Below, in pieces: positions 24,061 through 37,472 of a stretch of DNA of 64,000 nt. Below the pieces are notes generated by a model, which was given only the letters and a program-made list of their open reading frames with translations, ran no database searches and was not told the origin of the DNA. The DNA is from Phoronis australis (taxonomy: Eukaryota; Animalia; Phoronida): NCBI GenBank assembly GCA_002633005.1, contig NMRA01000298.1:480255-544254 (forward strand), read 5' to 3'. The translations under genes were made by a program, and so were the position numbers. Positions within the stretch are counted from its first letter, which is position 1, and the number at the start of each line of letters is the position of its first letter.

Positions 24061-27000
24061 TTTCACCATCTAGTGACCATTTTTATGACACAAATAAACA
24101 ACCCTAAAAGCACACCATTTGCGATGCATTCTTGGGCGCATTTCAACACTCCGCGTTGCTCTTGTTTCTGGAATTAGGCGCATGTGCCTATGTGCGAACC
24201 ATTTGAGTAATACCATGTTTGGCTCGTGGAATGTAGTAAAGAATATTGCCATTGTTATGGACTCGCATGAAACGCCTAGACGTGTGGCATTTAAGTTCAC
24301 AACTGTTATCATTTTCTGTGGGTTTACAGGGGAGCTCAGTCAATTGGTTTAAGGTTACATGCAACCCTAATTTTTATGCTGTTTCTATCACAAAACATCT
24401 AAGTATCTAGCCACTGTCAACCATCTCTGTTATCCATGACACTATGCCGCTGTTGTGGTCATGTGTGTGGGCGTTTTGAATGAAAGATAACTAACTGCTT
24501 TTGCGACGCTTTATTCTAAGTCAAACATAAAAAAATCTAAGAAAGTTCTAATCGGAAATCTGGTACATGGTTTTCCTATTGGATGGTCGTGCTGTCTGAG
24601 AATTGAAACACTGGAGAATTTGGGTTCCGACGTATCGAGGCTGGCACAAATAACAAACAAATAAAAACGCCGTTTTGTATTATTTGTAGACTACTCATCA
24701 TTTTGCGGTCGGATTATCATCAAACTGTTATTGATGTTAGCTTTGACAGCTGGTGAATTATTTTTTAGATAATTACATAAACTTGATTAGTCTGGGCCAA
24801 TTAATTGGCGTTTCTGCGCACTTGCCGGAGTCATAGAAATTATGTTTGTGTTACGTGACCACCAGAGGCGGTGTTTACAAATTTAAGTCACGTCGCTCAG
24901 CAGTGAGTCAGAAAATGATTGAAAGAAAGTGCAGAATTATTGCCGAGGAAATGTCAACGTCGAAGAAAATTACAAGACGACATCTAGAGATGGCTCGGGG
25001 AGAAGTGTGTGATTAAATTTCTTAACTCGGGAAAGACATGATGTCAATATCTAAGTAAATTATTTCCATTTTTCCAACCGAGTTGTGCTACTGAAATCGA
25101 CGATAGGGCCGACATGAGATCTCGGCAATGCTATTTCAAAAAACTAAATTCACAATTGCTAGTTAACGGTTTGAGTATCTCGGATGCCAATATTTATCTG
25201 CAAACAAGTCACCTTTTGAGTTCTAAATACTGATATTTATAACCACTGTCAGAACTACGTGACAAATTTAGCACGAAATATGGTTTGAATGACAGATCGT
25301 AAATTCAGGCTTCTGAAAAGGGGCGATTTTAAGTAGCAAAACTACAACTGTTAGCGTAATGTGAAATATATTTTTGAAATTCTAATACGTGTACATGTTG
25401 TGCTATGAATGCAAAAAAATATTTCAAAAACAATGACATTTATTTAGAAGAGGTACGTGTATCTTTAGTCAATTCCTTTGGAAGATTAGTAATTATTGAA
25501 ATCCGGTTCGGTTAATTTTGTACTAGTTTTGTTATTAGTAACAAATATGAAAACATTAAAAACAATTTTGCAGCGGGGAGTCATTAAACTGGGGTACCTA
25601 TTGTTGCTGCTTGTTACATTCACAGGTGTGAAACAGGTTGTCTTATCTCTGCTCTATAGTGTCGGAAATGCATTGTCGCGAAGAAATGTTTCGTTCGGCT
25701 GTGCTATTACGGTTTTGTCTAGGACAATTCATGTACATGTATCCACAGCCTATACAAAGGCACCCATTCCTTTATGCAAAACACTTGAGTAAATGAGTAA
25801 AAACACGCAATATCTCGGCTATACTCGCATGGGGCTCCCCATGTCTTCACTGCAAAGATTACACGCAGTATCGCGTCGGACAATACAGTATGTACACAGA
25901 ACAAACATACAGTTTTGCAGAAGGTAGATTCAAATGTTTTTAGAAGGAGACAATGTGTGCCATCACTATATGATAGCATATATTGTAGCACTCGACATGT
26001 AATGTCGCCCCTGGCATCCCGGTCGATACATATATATGCACAGATGTTCACGGCATACAGTGTCGCACTGGGGGTATGCTGTCGCCGGGTGACGATTTTA
26101 CAATTTTTGTCGAGTTCACGGATATACGTCTCAACAGACCCTGGAGTTCATAGCGTAGCCGCTTGAATTGACGAGCCCATTTCCGGCTGCTGCCGCTGCC
26201 GCTGCTGCTGTACACACGAGGCAAAATGATCTTTTATAAAAATGACGAATCTACACCAAGTCTGCTAAATATTCGGCTGGCCTGATGTCGATATGCAGTT
26301 TCACGAATTCACATGCGCATCATATGGGACTTCGCAGACTCTCTCAATTTCCTTAAGCAGGGCTTCATTTGTTCAAGCAAAGAATTAGGCGTAGTTAGTA
26401 CAATCTGGTGATCAAGTTGTGGAAATGTCATATTCTTAAGTAATTGACATGGGCCTTCGAGACGAAAAACGCATCGAGATTTGTCAGTAATTATTTTGGT
26501 AAGTTTATATCACTTGACAGGTAGAAAAAAAAACTACTCGGTCGATACTTCTAAAACAGGTTACCAATTGTTCTCAAGCCTCGAAAAACGTTACCGTGGC
26601 AACGAAATTCTTTTTTACTGCTGTACAAACGCGCAATTTCATGTTGATTGCAACTTTCACTTGCTTTTCGTGTCGCTAATTTTACGATTGTCAGTCTCCT
26701 TCCCTAAAATTAACATATATATAGGCCTACTGTGTGTGTAAGTGGGGAAGGATTTAGCGAAACGTAACGGGCTAAGCCTTAGTGTTATAGAATAAGTATA
26801 TAAGTCAATTAGTCTCGTAGATATCTGAGCTGACTTCTGTAGACCGTAGAGTTCTAGTCCGCGCATGATCAAGGTATTCTATTATTAGAGCTTGCGACCC
26901 CGAGACTATCCGCAAGAGTTTTCATAGTGAATTTCCGGTTGTATACTCGACTGAGGTTTGATCGAGTGTTGTAGTTATCAAATCAATCCTAATTCCTTTG

Positions 27001-27637
27001 TTTCATTTTCATTTTTTCATTTTTTTCATCAAGAGAGACTCTAGAGGTACGATTCCAGACAACCAGCGACTCGTCGACACGTGCTATCAGGAGTATCTAA
27101 TAGAAATTGCACGGGACAAGCCTACTTGTATGTTCGGAAAACGGCAATTTTTCACGTTCTGGTACACAAAAGTCAAGCCGCACGCATTTTTGAAAATAAG
27201 TGTCATAAAAACATTGCATAAAATTGCTTGTGATTAGTGTTTTCCTGTCATTTGCTCTCATTTTCCTATTGAAAACAGGCAGCCAAAACAGACTGGAAAA
27301 AACTAAAAACGACGAGGAATAATCATGGCTCTTAAAGTAAGCTTTTGATTACTGGGCTTTCTTTACTCGTATTTTTACAGTCTCGATTAAAAATCTTTCT
27401 TTGCCTAACTATTTTTGGGATAGACCCGCGAAATATCGGTTTCTACGATGTTCTTTGGCAATTCTTGGTGAGCCGACTCGTGGCCTAGTCTCTCTTGCTA
27501 CCTGGTAACTGGGGCCGTCTGCGGCTTATCTCTGTAATACTCTTCAGAATACGCAATCAGCTCGACAAATGCGTGCTGTTCCCACCCGACGAAACGGAAG
27601 TGAACTACACTTAAATAAACTTTTCATTGTTTCAGTT

Positions 27638-27786
27638 CAGGGGCGAATCCAGGACTTTTAAAAGGGGGTCGGATCAAAGTTTTTTAAAAAGGGATCCAAG
27701 TCAACAATTTGAAAATTCTAGGTTTGGTATCACTAAAATGAAGGGATACAGGGGGCTCCGCACCCCTTACACCCCTGGATCTGCCT
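27638..27786. mobile_element. Short MITE (CAGGGGCGGATCCAGG-type, hAT-like)
   Basis: Left end caggggcgaatccagg and right end cctggatctgcc are inverted. Related left ends occur at ~39114 (cagtggcggatctagg) and ~56313. Confidence 0.55.
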
Positions 27787-28864
27787 ACCTCCATGTGGAT
27801 TACGTAGTAATTGGTCTTGTCATCCCATCTTAAGCGTCTCGCCAACATTCACGTTTATCACGCGTTATTATGTTCTTGTCAATAATCCAACACAGTTTGA
27901 TCAAATTCCCTTCGATTTCTGTTCTGGATGGTTAGTTGTCACGAGCAATAGCGAGAAATCCTTCGTTCTGGCGATGCACTTCTAATGAGCCACGAGCTCT
28001 TATTGATTAACGTTAAGGTTAGAAAAGGTGCTCATTTCCAAGATATGTGGCACTCGCGAAAAGCGGTACCGCGTGAAAGTTTCTCGAGTAGGTATCAAAA
28101 TGGCGGCCACTGATGTGATGAGTCGGTGAGGTTGGAATATTGAATCATGGGATAAAATTCCGTTCCATAAGCATGGCAATTCATGAGTGCCTTGTTTCTA
28201 CAGCACGCAGCCCATGGCTCGGCAGCGAAACAACACAGGGGGACAATACTGACATGTGGCACGTGTAAGCGAGCCAATATTTCCCTTGCTGGGCTGCATT
28301 GATGACCGATGTTGTCACACATAGAAAAAAGAAGACAAAACAAATGAAACAACGAAGATTTCCCTCTCGTTTCTCTGCTGCTTTGCTGGAATAATATTTC
28401 GTTAGTTTCGTACAAAACGACTTGTTTTTCTACATTCTTGGTTCCAAACTTTCAAACACAAGAAGTGTTAATCAATAGAAAATTCTATTGAGCGGCAAAA
28501 CCCGTCTCATCTCTGTATAATATTCGTCTTGTCTATTCCTAGAGCTTACAAGGTCCATGTCATACAATTGTGGGAATTTACGTAACAGTGTTTCCGAACA
28601 TTACTAATAAATCATTCACATGTGCGTTTGTGCATGCGTCAGTGTATAGAGAATGTGAGGTATACGCGTCTGTTCGTGATCGTATGTTAAATCTTGCACA
28701 AGTCTAGATCTCGGGCAAACATCACAGAGATTCCGTCCTAGCGAAAGTGAAAGCAATGATATGATGATACAGTTAGATTGTCTCATTAGTTTTCTCAGGT
28801 ACACGGATGCACTGAAAGGCCCTTTTATGAAAGTAATCGCTTCTTTTTCAGGCATCAACAGACC

Positions 28865-30223
28865 ATGAACCGTATGTCAAGCATCCCCGGTTCCTTCGCT
28901 TTCGCTGATACGTGCGTTTCATGGGTTGACCACAGCAATAAGAAAACGGAAGGTATAGGTATCAGCATAGACTATGACGACATATTGACAGCTACTACAG
29001 ATGGCGTAGGCGACAACTGTTTTCGCTTACATTTCGCCGTTCACGAGAAAAAAACCAACAAACTTCTGAAGGGCGATTCCGTGATCCACTGCGCCGACCA
29101 GGCTGCGCGTGACGGACACGTCTCTCGCTTGAAGGAAAAATTGTCTCTAGTCACGTGCCGACCAAAGCGTCTTTTGGTGTTAATTAACCCAGACAGCGGC
29201 AAGAAAAAAGGCGAAAGTATCTATCGCGGGAAGATAGCTCCTTTATTCGATCTTGTCGGTATAGAGCAGGATGTGGTGATCACAGAAAACGCACCGGCTG
29301 TTGACGAAAATATCGCAAGAATGGATAGGGCAACAACAGATGGCATCATAGCCGTTGGCGGGGATGGCACGTTCCTTCGGGTCGTTAATGCCGTCATGAA
29401 CGCTGCGGTAACAAGACAAGGCGGTGACGCTGTTAATCCACCTGACCCTCTGCCGGAGACACACATGCGTATTGGGCTGATTCCAGTTGGATCTCAGTGT
29501 ATCATCACGGAACTCATGGACGGAATCATAGACTTGACAACTTCGGCCTTGCGTATCATTTTGGGAAAGAAAAACAAAATAGATATCGGCGCCGTACACC
29601 AGGGCGACGGATCTTTTCTCAAATACTTCGCCTTGTACTTCAGCTATGGCTGCGCTTCGGTTGATCTCCACAATCTTGGCTATAAAAGCTGGTTCAGTCG
29701 ACTGCCCTTTTTGTCAAGTGTCGGTAAAACGCCTTACAAAACATTCGAAGCCACCATTAAATGGCTCGAACCGTCAGAGTCAAATCAAGAACGTCTGGCA
29801 GCGAATGAAGGAAATGAAGAAGCAGACGTTGCTGAAGTCGCGCCAATTTTGGACGAATCTAAAGATCTTGAAGGCCAATTTTCTAACATTGCCGCGTTCG
29901 TTCCGAACCTGGATTCCATATTTCGGCCAAATGCCCCGGCGGAAGTAGATCCAAACTGCTTAATGAGTTTGGTCGTGAACAGCGCGAGTCTGAACGGATC
30001 CAAAGCAAATCGTCGTTTTTGTCAAAAATTTTCCAACAGGGACGAGTCCGCATTTGTTTTGGAGGGCGTGCAGCGACATCTCGTGTCTCGAGTGGAGATA
30101 CAAGCAAAGGAGGGAGGCGATGTCCTCGAGATAGTTCTGGACGGCGACGCAACACCGCTTCAATCCCCGGCATCGATCGTAGCTAAAATTCACAGAGGGA
30201 AAATTAACGTTTTCTCAAAGTAA
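28865..30223 (+). CDS. Ceramide kinase-like / sphingosine kinase (DAGKc) family protein, intronless CDS, divergent
   Basis: 452-aa open ORF with RPKRLLVLINPDSGKKKG, IAVGGDGTF, IGLIPVGS and C-terminal LDGD, and an N-terminal PH-like region as in CERK/CERKL. Splice acceptor ctttttcag at 28851, just upstream of the ATG. Confidence 0.88.
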   Translation: MNRMSSIPGSFAFADTCVSWVDHSNKKTEGIGISIDYDDILTATTDGVGDNCFRLHFAVHEKKTNKLLKGDSVIHCADQAARDGHVSRLKEKLSLVTCRPKRLLVLINPDSGKKKGESIYRGKIAPLFDLVGIEQDVVITENAPAVDENIARMDRATTDGIIAVGGDGTFLRVVNAVMNAAVTRQGGDAVNPPDPLPETHMRIGLIPVGSQCIITELMDGIIDLTTSALRIILGKKNKIDIGAVHQGDGSFLKYFALYFSYGCASVDLHNLGYKSWFSRLPFLSSVGKTPYKTFEATIKWLEPSESNQERLAANEGNEEADVAEVAPILDESKDLEGQFSNIAAFVPNLDSIFRPNAPAEVDPNCLMSLVVNSASLNGSKANRRFCQKFSNRDESAFVLEGVQRHLVSRVEIQAKEGGDVLEIVLDGDATPLQSPASIVAKIHRGKINVFSK

Positions 30224-32659
30224 AGTGTGACATGATTGAAGCGTCTATAAACCACTTTTTGTCAAGAAACTAAATTTTTGATTTAGACCACTTTCCGATA
30301 TAAATCTGGTACTAACCTTTTCTTTGCTCGGTTTACAGACGATTCTTGGGTTTTGGAAAATAGACAGGTCGTTATAGCTTGAGATCAGACTTGACAGGTT
30401 GACTTGTCACGGTGCATCATGTTATGCGACTCGAACTGTCCTTTCAACCACAATCTGGAAATCATTCCTCATCTAAGAAAGGAACATTTAGAGACTGATT
30501 TTATAAAGGAAGGAGGTTTAAATTCAAATGTAGGTTTGCCGGTTGAAAGACTACTTCATGTTTAGCTTAGGCGAAGCAGAGCACCGTTAATTTCACGAAT
30601 GGTCATCGGGTTATGTGTGTCATTTGAGAAATGCGACTAACGACGTTTGAACGATTAGTTTGCGAACTGTAGGTGAATTTTGACAGGAGTTGCTGGTGGA
30701 TTTGTTCAGCATTCGCGTGAAACTCACGAACCCACCACCAATTCAAAGATTCGCTTATTCGATTTTCTCACCGCGTCTAGAACGGCATGTACTACGGTCA
30801 CCGCTTACCACAATTCTGTGCGATAATAAGATGTAACTTAATTATGTCGAATACGTTTTACGGAAATAGTAAATCATGTTTCAAATATCTTGTAGAAGAA
30901 CAGTATTAACATTACAACTATAAGCGTTAATGTTCTCGTTTGTTCTGCCCAAATGAATTATTAATTTCTATTGGTTGTTGTACATCACTGATGAACACGT
31001 GATTTTTAAGATGCATAGTCTCATTAAATTGTGAATATGCAAATGAAGTATTAATTTACAAACAGATACCATTACAATCGCGTGAAAGTCTCTTTTTGCG
31101 GGACTGTTTTTATGTAAATTAGTACGGTAATAATCATGGTGGACGAAGACCCGATGCCGGTCAAGAGAACAAAGACGGCATGGAATTTAGTTTATTTGGA
31201 ACGTGACGTCTTTCGGGCATGGTGGAAGCTCAGATTCCGACTGCAGCTGCAAACAGCCAGCATTGTCGTTACCCTAAAGAAACAAGGCATAGTTTTAGTA
31301 TTTGTTTATTTCTCTGTCTAATAGCGATTGCATAATATTTGAAATTACTAAGGTTGTTTTCTATGTTCATGCTTGTTCTTAAGTGTATCAGTTGTGTTAT
31401 CTTCAAAACTACAATTTATTTACAAATTGTTTCTTTTCCTGATTATACTTGTACACACAGTTCTCCAGGAAGTCACTAGGTGACGCTTGCTACAACTTTA
31501 TATATTCACGGTTTTAATGTGATATAACATCTTTAATATCTTTTAAAGCGGCTAAAAATCCACCTTCCGTCGTTGCAATTTTTGTTTACTTGAGGCAGCC
31601 AGTTCCACTCGGACATTTCTTTTATCTGCGCCGGCCCATGAGGCACAGTACCGACGATATGTCACGCGACTCATTCACAACATCCCACTCTGCCACGCAT
31701 CAAGAAGAAAACGGAATGATTACCAGCGGTCTCATGAATCGTATAACTTTGTAGCATCTGCCTCAGACGATAAATCATATGACATCATAAACTGAAAATG
31801 GTGCCGTAGTATCTGTATAATTTGTATGACTTGTCACTCAGGCCTTATACGAAAGTAGTCCTAGTGGGGTGCATGCACATCTTTAGAATACAAGTTGCAC
31901 TCAGAAATGAGCCTTGTAGGTTGAAATAAGTTACAAGAAAGACTGTGAATGAGCACGCAAATATGATTCAAATAAAGTTACATTTTGTATTTTTAAATCT
32001 CATCTAGGCACTAAGTGTAGTCCCCATCCTTGAGCTGGAAATGCAATTTATTTCTGTAACTTCCTTAGTGCGAACTCAAGATAGGTATCTGTGATTGCGT
32101 CTTCAAGTACATTGTGGTTTACGTAGGTAAATTTTCAAGTTTCATATTTGAACTTGGCAACCACTTGATTCGAGCTACAAACGATCGAGTTTGGACTTGA
32201 AAGTTTTGGCTGCAAGTGCAAATTAGGATTCAGTAGAGACTCGGCCCGTTTCAAGACACTTCATCAACGGGGATTTGCACAAGCCCCTATGTCATCAAGA
32301 GGCATGTTTATCAGGGAATCTGATCTAAGATCATGGTGTGCTGGGTAAAAAATCCCCATCAGCGATGGCTTCCCGGCAATAAAACACAGATGAAATGATA
32401 TGTCGTGGACGAAAACTGGTGATTTGGCCTGCGAGTCGTGATGCCGGACAAAATAGCACGGGGACATTTGGCAATTGACTAGATTGGTATGTAGACTAGC
32501 CTCTATTTAGAACCGCTGTCTGGAGTTGAAACACAACCATAAAGTATTCAAACACACAATCTTCATTCACACCTATCTTGAGTTGGTACTAAAGTGGATC
32601 AAATTTCAAACATAACCTCGAGTTCGAGTTTGGAGATAGACCTCAGATGTCTATGCGTT

Positions 32660-35600
32660 TTAATCTTTCTTGTAGTAGAACAATTTCTGATTGGACCCTT
32701 CGCTCAATGTGTAGTATCCATCCGCATTGTGACTCCAGCACACGGTCTCGCCCTGTCGCTCTTTTTCACATGGCACCTCTTCCGGTCGCCTCTCGAGGGC
32801 GTCTTCCACGTCCTCACCAGAGCGCCTCTTCCAGTAATAAATGTCTTCGTAAGTTTTCACGAGGATTTCTTGGCCATTCGGTGAGATGTCGGCGGCCGTT
32901 GGTCCCCTTTTATCAGACTTGATGGGGATGGTGGCGATGGACCGAATCTTCTTCCTTGACGAACTGCCCCAGCCGTCTGTTGGCAGTTTGTACAATTTAG
33001 GCTCCCTTCCGCTGCTTATCTTTGGAATGAGATACACCTTAAAACAACGCATGGTATTGTTATCGTTTACCGAGCTTCAAGTAGGATGCGTCATACATCA
33101 GCTTAAGCGTTTCAGTGGCAATAAACCCGTGCCCTCTGTTTAAAACCATCTTTTGACGTAGGCCACTTGTTCTGGCAAAGCTTACCTAACCAGATTTGTG
33201 CGGGTTGTTACTGCTTCGAACTGGGACCGCTAAGTCCCTAGTCATGGCGGGTTACCTTCTGTTGTCAGGCCAGTGTGGAGGTCAAGCGATTGCTTGTAAC
33301 CAATTTCAATTCAAACAAAGGATAAGAACACGATGGCGATGGCTTTGGAAGGGCAAATGAGCCTGTTGTGGAAAATCACTGTTTTCACACCAGAACATGG
33401 TAATTTTAGTAAGTTACTTCAAGTGACTGTACCAAGTGCTTTTAATTAGTCTTGAAATATCGGTACCAGAGAAGTATTCAGACGCTTTTGTTCATGAGGC
33501 GAATTAAATTAATGATTTTGACCGCTAGGTGGTGTATCCAAATGTCGAAGTTGTCGATTTATACACTGTAGTCCCTCGTAAAAAACTATTCGTAAAAAGT
33601 ATTCGGATGATCTCGCCAAATGACCTGAGCTGCGCTTCAAGGCAGTTATTTGTTCCGCATTCAATGACACTTCACTCTACAGTGGTAAGTTTGTTTTGTG
33701 ATAATTCAGATATTGTTTTTGCACAGCAAATTTTGTGGTCAGACTGCTGAAACTCACCACTCCTTCCTCGTCCACCATTACAGATTCGCTGTTGTCTTCG
33801 TCCCAGTCAAACTTGAAGTAGCTATCGACACCCAGGTCACGGCTGCGAATGGAGGGAGGCTCCTTCACTTTGTAGATGATGTTTTCAGCATCGCCAGTGT
33901 TACCTACAAGTGCAGAGGATCCTTGATTACGGGTATCAATTTCCGGTCCAACCCGCGAAGGGCAGCACTTTGAATGATTCGTGTAATCTGGCTTCTCAAA
34001 GTAACATTCGGACATTGCGTTTGGTTGGAAAATAATATTCTCGCTTTCCGACTGTTTGTTGTTGAGAAATGTGCCGGTACATGTGCAGGTATACCATTCC
34101 TGTCATTGAGAAACGTTTTTGTGATTTGCGCCTGCTAAATGAAGATCAAACATAAAGGATAAATACATTCATAACAGGTTCTTGTGTGTTTCTAAAACCT
34201 CGTTGAAGTTCAGATGTAGTAACATAAGAAATAAAATATATTTGCCTATATACACTTACCTCTAGATTATTTACCTTGACACGACGTTTAGATCAGTAAT
34301 TTATCTGGACATCTTCAGATGTTACAGCGTCCAAGTGCCCACCATGGACTACCGTTAGTGTCCGGGCTCATTCAAGATGGCCGGACAGTTTGCTGATAGA
34401 AGCGCCGTGCGCATGTAAGGCTAAAGATTGGTGTGTAACGACCAATAGATTTTAGAAGTCACAAGTTCTTATTTTGTGATGCATTCAAAAGGCGTCAAAT
34501 AGAATTATAAAACGATTCGCTTTACTTTTCGTCTCATTCCTGGACGTTATAATTGTTTCTCATCAAAACTGCGCGTGCCTTATTTTGAGTGTAAGCTGTG
34601 ATTGGGAAGTTATCACGTGACGTTCATCTTGAATGACGTGGAAAGTGTCAAAAAAAAATGAGACACTAATCAAAATAAAAACAGAGCCAAAGTGCCTGAT
34701 TTTTACAGGTGGTTTGATATTTCCAGTTTAGGTTAATAAGGGTCTAATTATGCCTGCAATTTATAGTTACTGAAGTCGAGATTGCTTTCCTTTAACGTAA
34801 AAGCACCTCAAAATGGTGATTTCAGCACATAATGGCAATATTTTATAAAAATGTCCACATACGAGTCCTATTTGTACCGTTGTGTACATGTACATGTACA
34901 TTTTGCAATAGAATGGTAGCGATTGGGAAATATTCACTTTACATTTACCTTGAGTAACCTTGCGAGCTTCACAAATACATCGAGCATCTTGACTAACATG
35001 GCATACACTTGCCCGTATTTTGACCTTTAACCTCTGGACTCCCTGACGTATATCCCGTAAAATAGTTGAGTGTCAAGAACTCGGCTCACCTCCGACATCT
35101 GCGATGTAGATACAGTGCCATTTACCGCTCTTGCCGCACGGACCGACAGCCAGATCTTCCCAATCCTTGTTCTTGGCGCCTCTGATCTCAATAGTTGCCT
35201 TCTTCTCACCGTTTTTAGCTTCAATCACGTAAAGCTAGGTTAAAAAAGCCGAAATTGTAATCACGTTTGAAGATGAGCTTAAATGTCGGATGTAATCATA
35301 CACGATGAACGTGCTGTATTTTTGTAAGAATTTTACGAACCCTGCGTCTAATGCCAATTCGGAGACTAATAATTCGCGAGTTTGGGAAGTACATGTATCT
35401 CATGATTCATGAGATTTCGACACTTTCGTGTGCTGGCAAGCAGAGTAGGAGTCGCCTAGCCAGACTATTGGAATTCCATCTTTGTTCAGATGTTTTCTGT
35501 TCATGCGCAGTGTGAACTCAAAATAGAAGGACGATGATGCACTCGAGTACAGTATGTCCAAAAAGCGGTTCAGTGGTTAATGAATATCTTATCTGCAGTA

Positions 35601-37472
35601 ACTTCTCAATTGGTGACTAGCCCCATCAGTTGCAAGTTCCAATCTCAAGTCGAAATATCGAGTTTTCAGTCGAGCTTGTTCATCGAGTTTTCTTGTCTTG
35701 AATTTGCAGTAAAGTAGTACATAAAACATCAAATCTAGGTTCGAGTACAGGTTTCGATTTTTTTTACACAGGGGATACTAAAGACGTGTCGGTGTACCTT
35801 TCACAGGTCCCTGAGCAGACGGACTTTTTGTTGTCCTGGCAATTAAGCTGGTAAAGCTCTCCTAGCCCTTTCTTAATACCCGGGTTCTTTGCGTTTTGTG
35901 AAATTAATACACGCACCATGTTGGTCTGATTCTTGTTTTATTGCTCAATTTGTGCCTTCTCAATGTGCGAGTGGCACCTACCGGCTGGTCTGTGCGCCTT
36001 TATACGCCAAAAGGAATGCTTATTTTAAGAGCATAGACTTCTTCATCTGAACTTTGCTCCACATTAGTCTTACCCTAACAGGATTTGCACGCAAGCGGAC
36101 GAGAAAGCGTCCACAGTTAATCACTGAGTATCCAGCGAATTTCTCGGCAAATCAATGGTTTGATGGCGCTGTTGCTGATTTAAGTGAGCCAGTCGATATT
36201 CGTGGGCTTGGGAGAACGTGTTGGATGAGATAATTGCGGTCGTAAATCAACACGCATGGTTAGCGTACCAGTTTCAAAGTAAAAAACGAACAGTAAGTAA
36301 GGCAAACGACCAACATGGCTGTTTTTAAACTTGAAAAGCAAATAGGAGCCGTCTTTGAATTTTTCGATGCATTATAAGAAATACTAGCTCATAGGTTTTC
36401 TTCAGCATCGCGGCTAAGCCCTGAGCATTATCTTGTTTTAATCGATTTGGACGGGTTTGTCACAGTCTAGCTTAGGTGTTGGGGTAACAAAAGCCTAAAT
36501 GTTATCGTAAGAGTTGTCTCCGTAATCGCCGTAATTGCTAAGAGGGTATTGTTACCATGGAACCCAGTTATCTTCATTATTTGTCTTTCCTACCTCACGA
36601 CATTTATGTATAGGGCCTTTTAACATGACCACTGTTATTTAACCCATCATCAGTGTTATCTCTATGACAACACTTACCCTTGCTCTGTCGCCAGAATCAT
36701 TCAGTGTGTACAAATAGCCTGGATGTCTGCGGCTTGCTGCTAGGCCTGACGCCTCTCGCACTGCACTCACTCTGCCAACAGAGTCGCCATCTCTGAAACC
36801 GTTTTTACCTGCCAGTGGAACGGAGAACAAAGTCCACAACCATTCATTTTAAAACTGATAGAACCAGTAAGGTTTATCAGTTTCAGTAGACCTACATTGT
36901 AACTGTCATTATCACATATTTTGTAAGGTGTTATTATACGATTTAGACAGATTATTAATTTATGAACTCACCACCGGATAAACGTTTGGAGTCAATAATA
37001 AGCATATATGACCAATCCCGTGGGTGATATTTTACAACTGTGGATTAGGAGGTGTTATAAGGTCATATGGACTAAGCAAGAGCATTATTGCTCAAGACCG
37101 AGGGTGCGGTGAGAAATCATCGCTTGATTAATAGAAACAGTGTTCTGTCCCATAATTCAAGAATCTAACCTCACCGATCAATCGCTTTAGTGACCGCCAT
37201 TTTGCCGGGGTATATTAGGTCCCGCGCATAGACCTACATGTATGTATGCGCAAAGAGTCTTTCAATCGCATAATCTTGTTTTTTCAGCATGTTTCGTCTA
37301 CAGAAGGCACCCGACTTCTCTGTGTACAAGAGGTAAATACCTGACGAGCTATAACATATGAGCATTGTCACAGCAACTTACCTCTAGCTAGTCTTTCCAA
37401 TATCTCTTGGTGGGAGAGCGGGGCTGTGTGCGCAACAGCAACCAGGCAAGCTAATGCCAAGAAATAAGACAT
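32660..37472 (-). CDS. Secreted 296-aa protein of a bacterial-type beta-propeller family (EASG/NDSG/DWED motifs); 5 exons
   Basis: Exons 37472-37382 (MSYFLALACLVAVAHTAPLSHQEILERLAR), 36808-36678, 35234-35090, 33903-33758 and 33037-32660; all GT-AG, phases 1,0,1,0; total 891 nt. Motifs EASGLAASRRHPG.LYTLNDSGD, DWEDLAVGP, YIADVGGN, YKVKEP, TAADISPNG, QGETVCW, YTLSEG. Confidence 0.88.
36960..37125. repeat. Second, more decayed hairpin of the Crypton-like class
   Basis: Arms ctcacc...catatatgacc and ggtcatatg...ggtgag around cccgtgggtgata, resembling the cccgagggtgata of the 20968 hairpin. Confidence 0.35.

Noticed and set aside
27324-27336. ATGGCTCTTAAA|gtaagc as first coding exon of the kinase
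   Set aside because: A phase-0 donor is out of frame with the 28852 acceptor; it could only be a UTR exon or uORF.
29221-30193. Overlapping antisense and alternate-frame ORFs in the kinase gene
   Set aside because: Shadow ORFs of a GC-richer coding region with no recognisable motifs.
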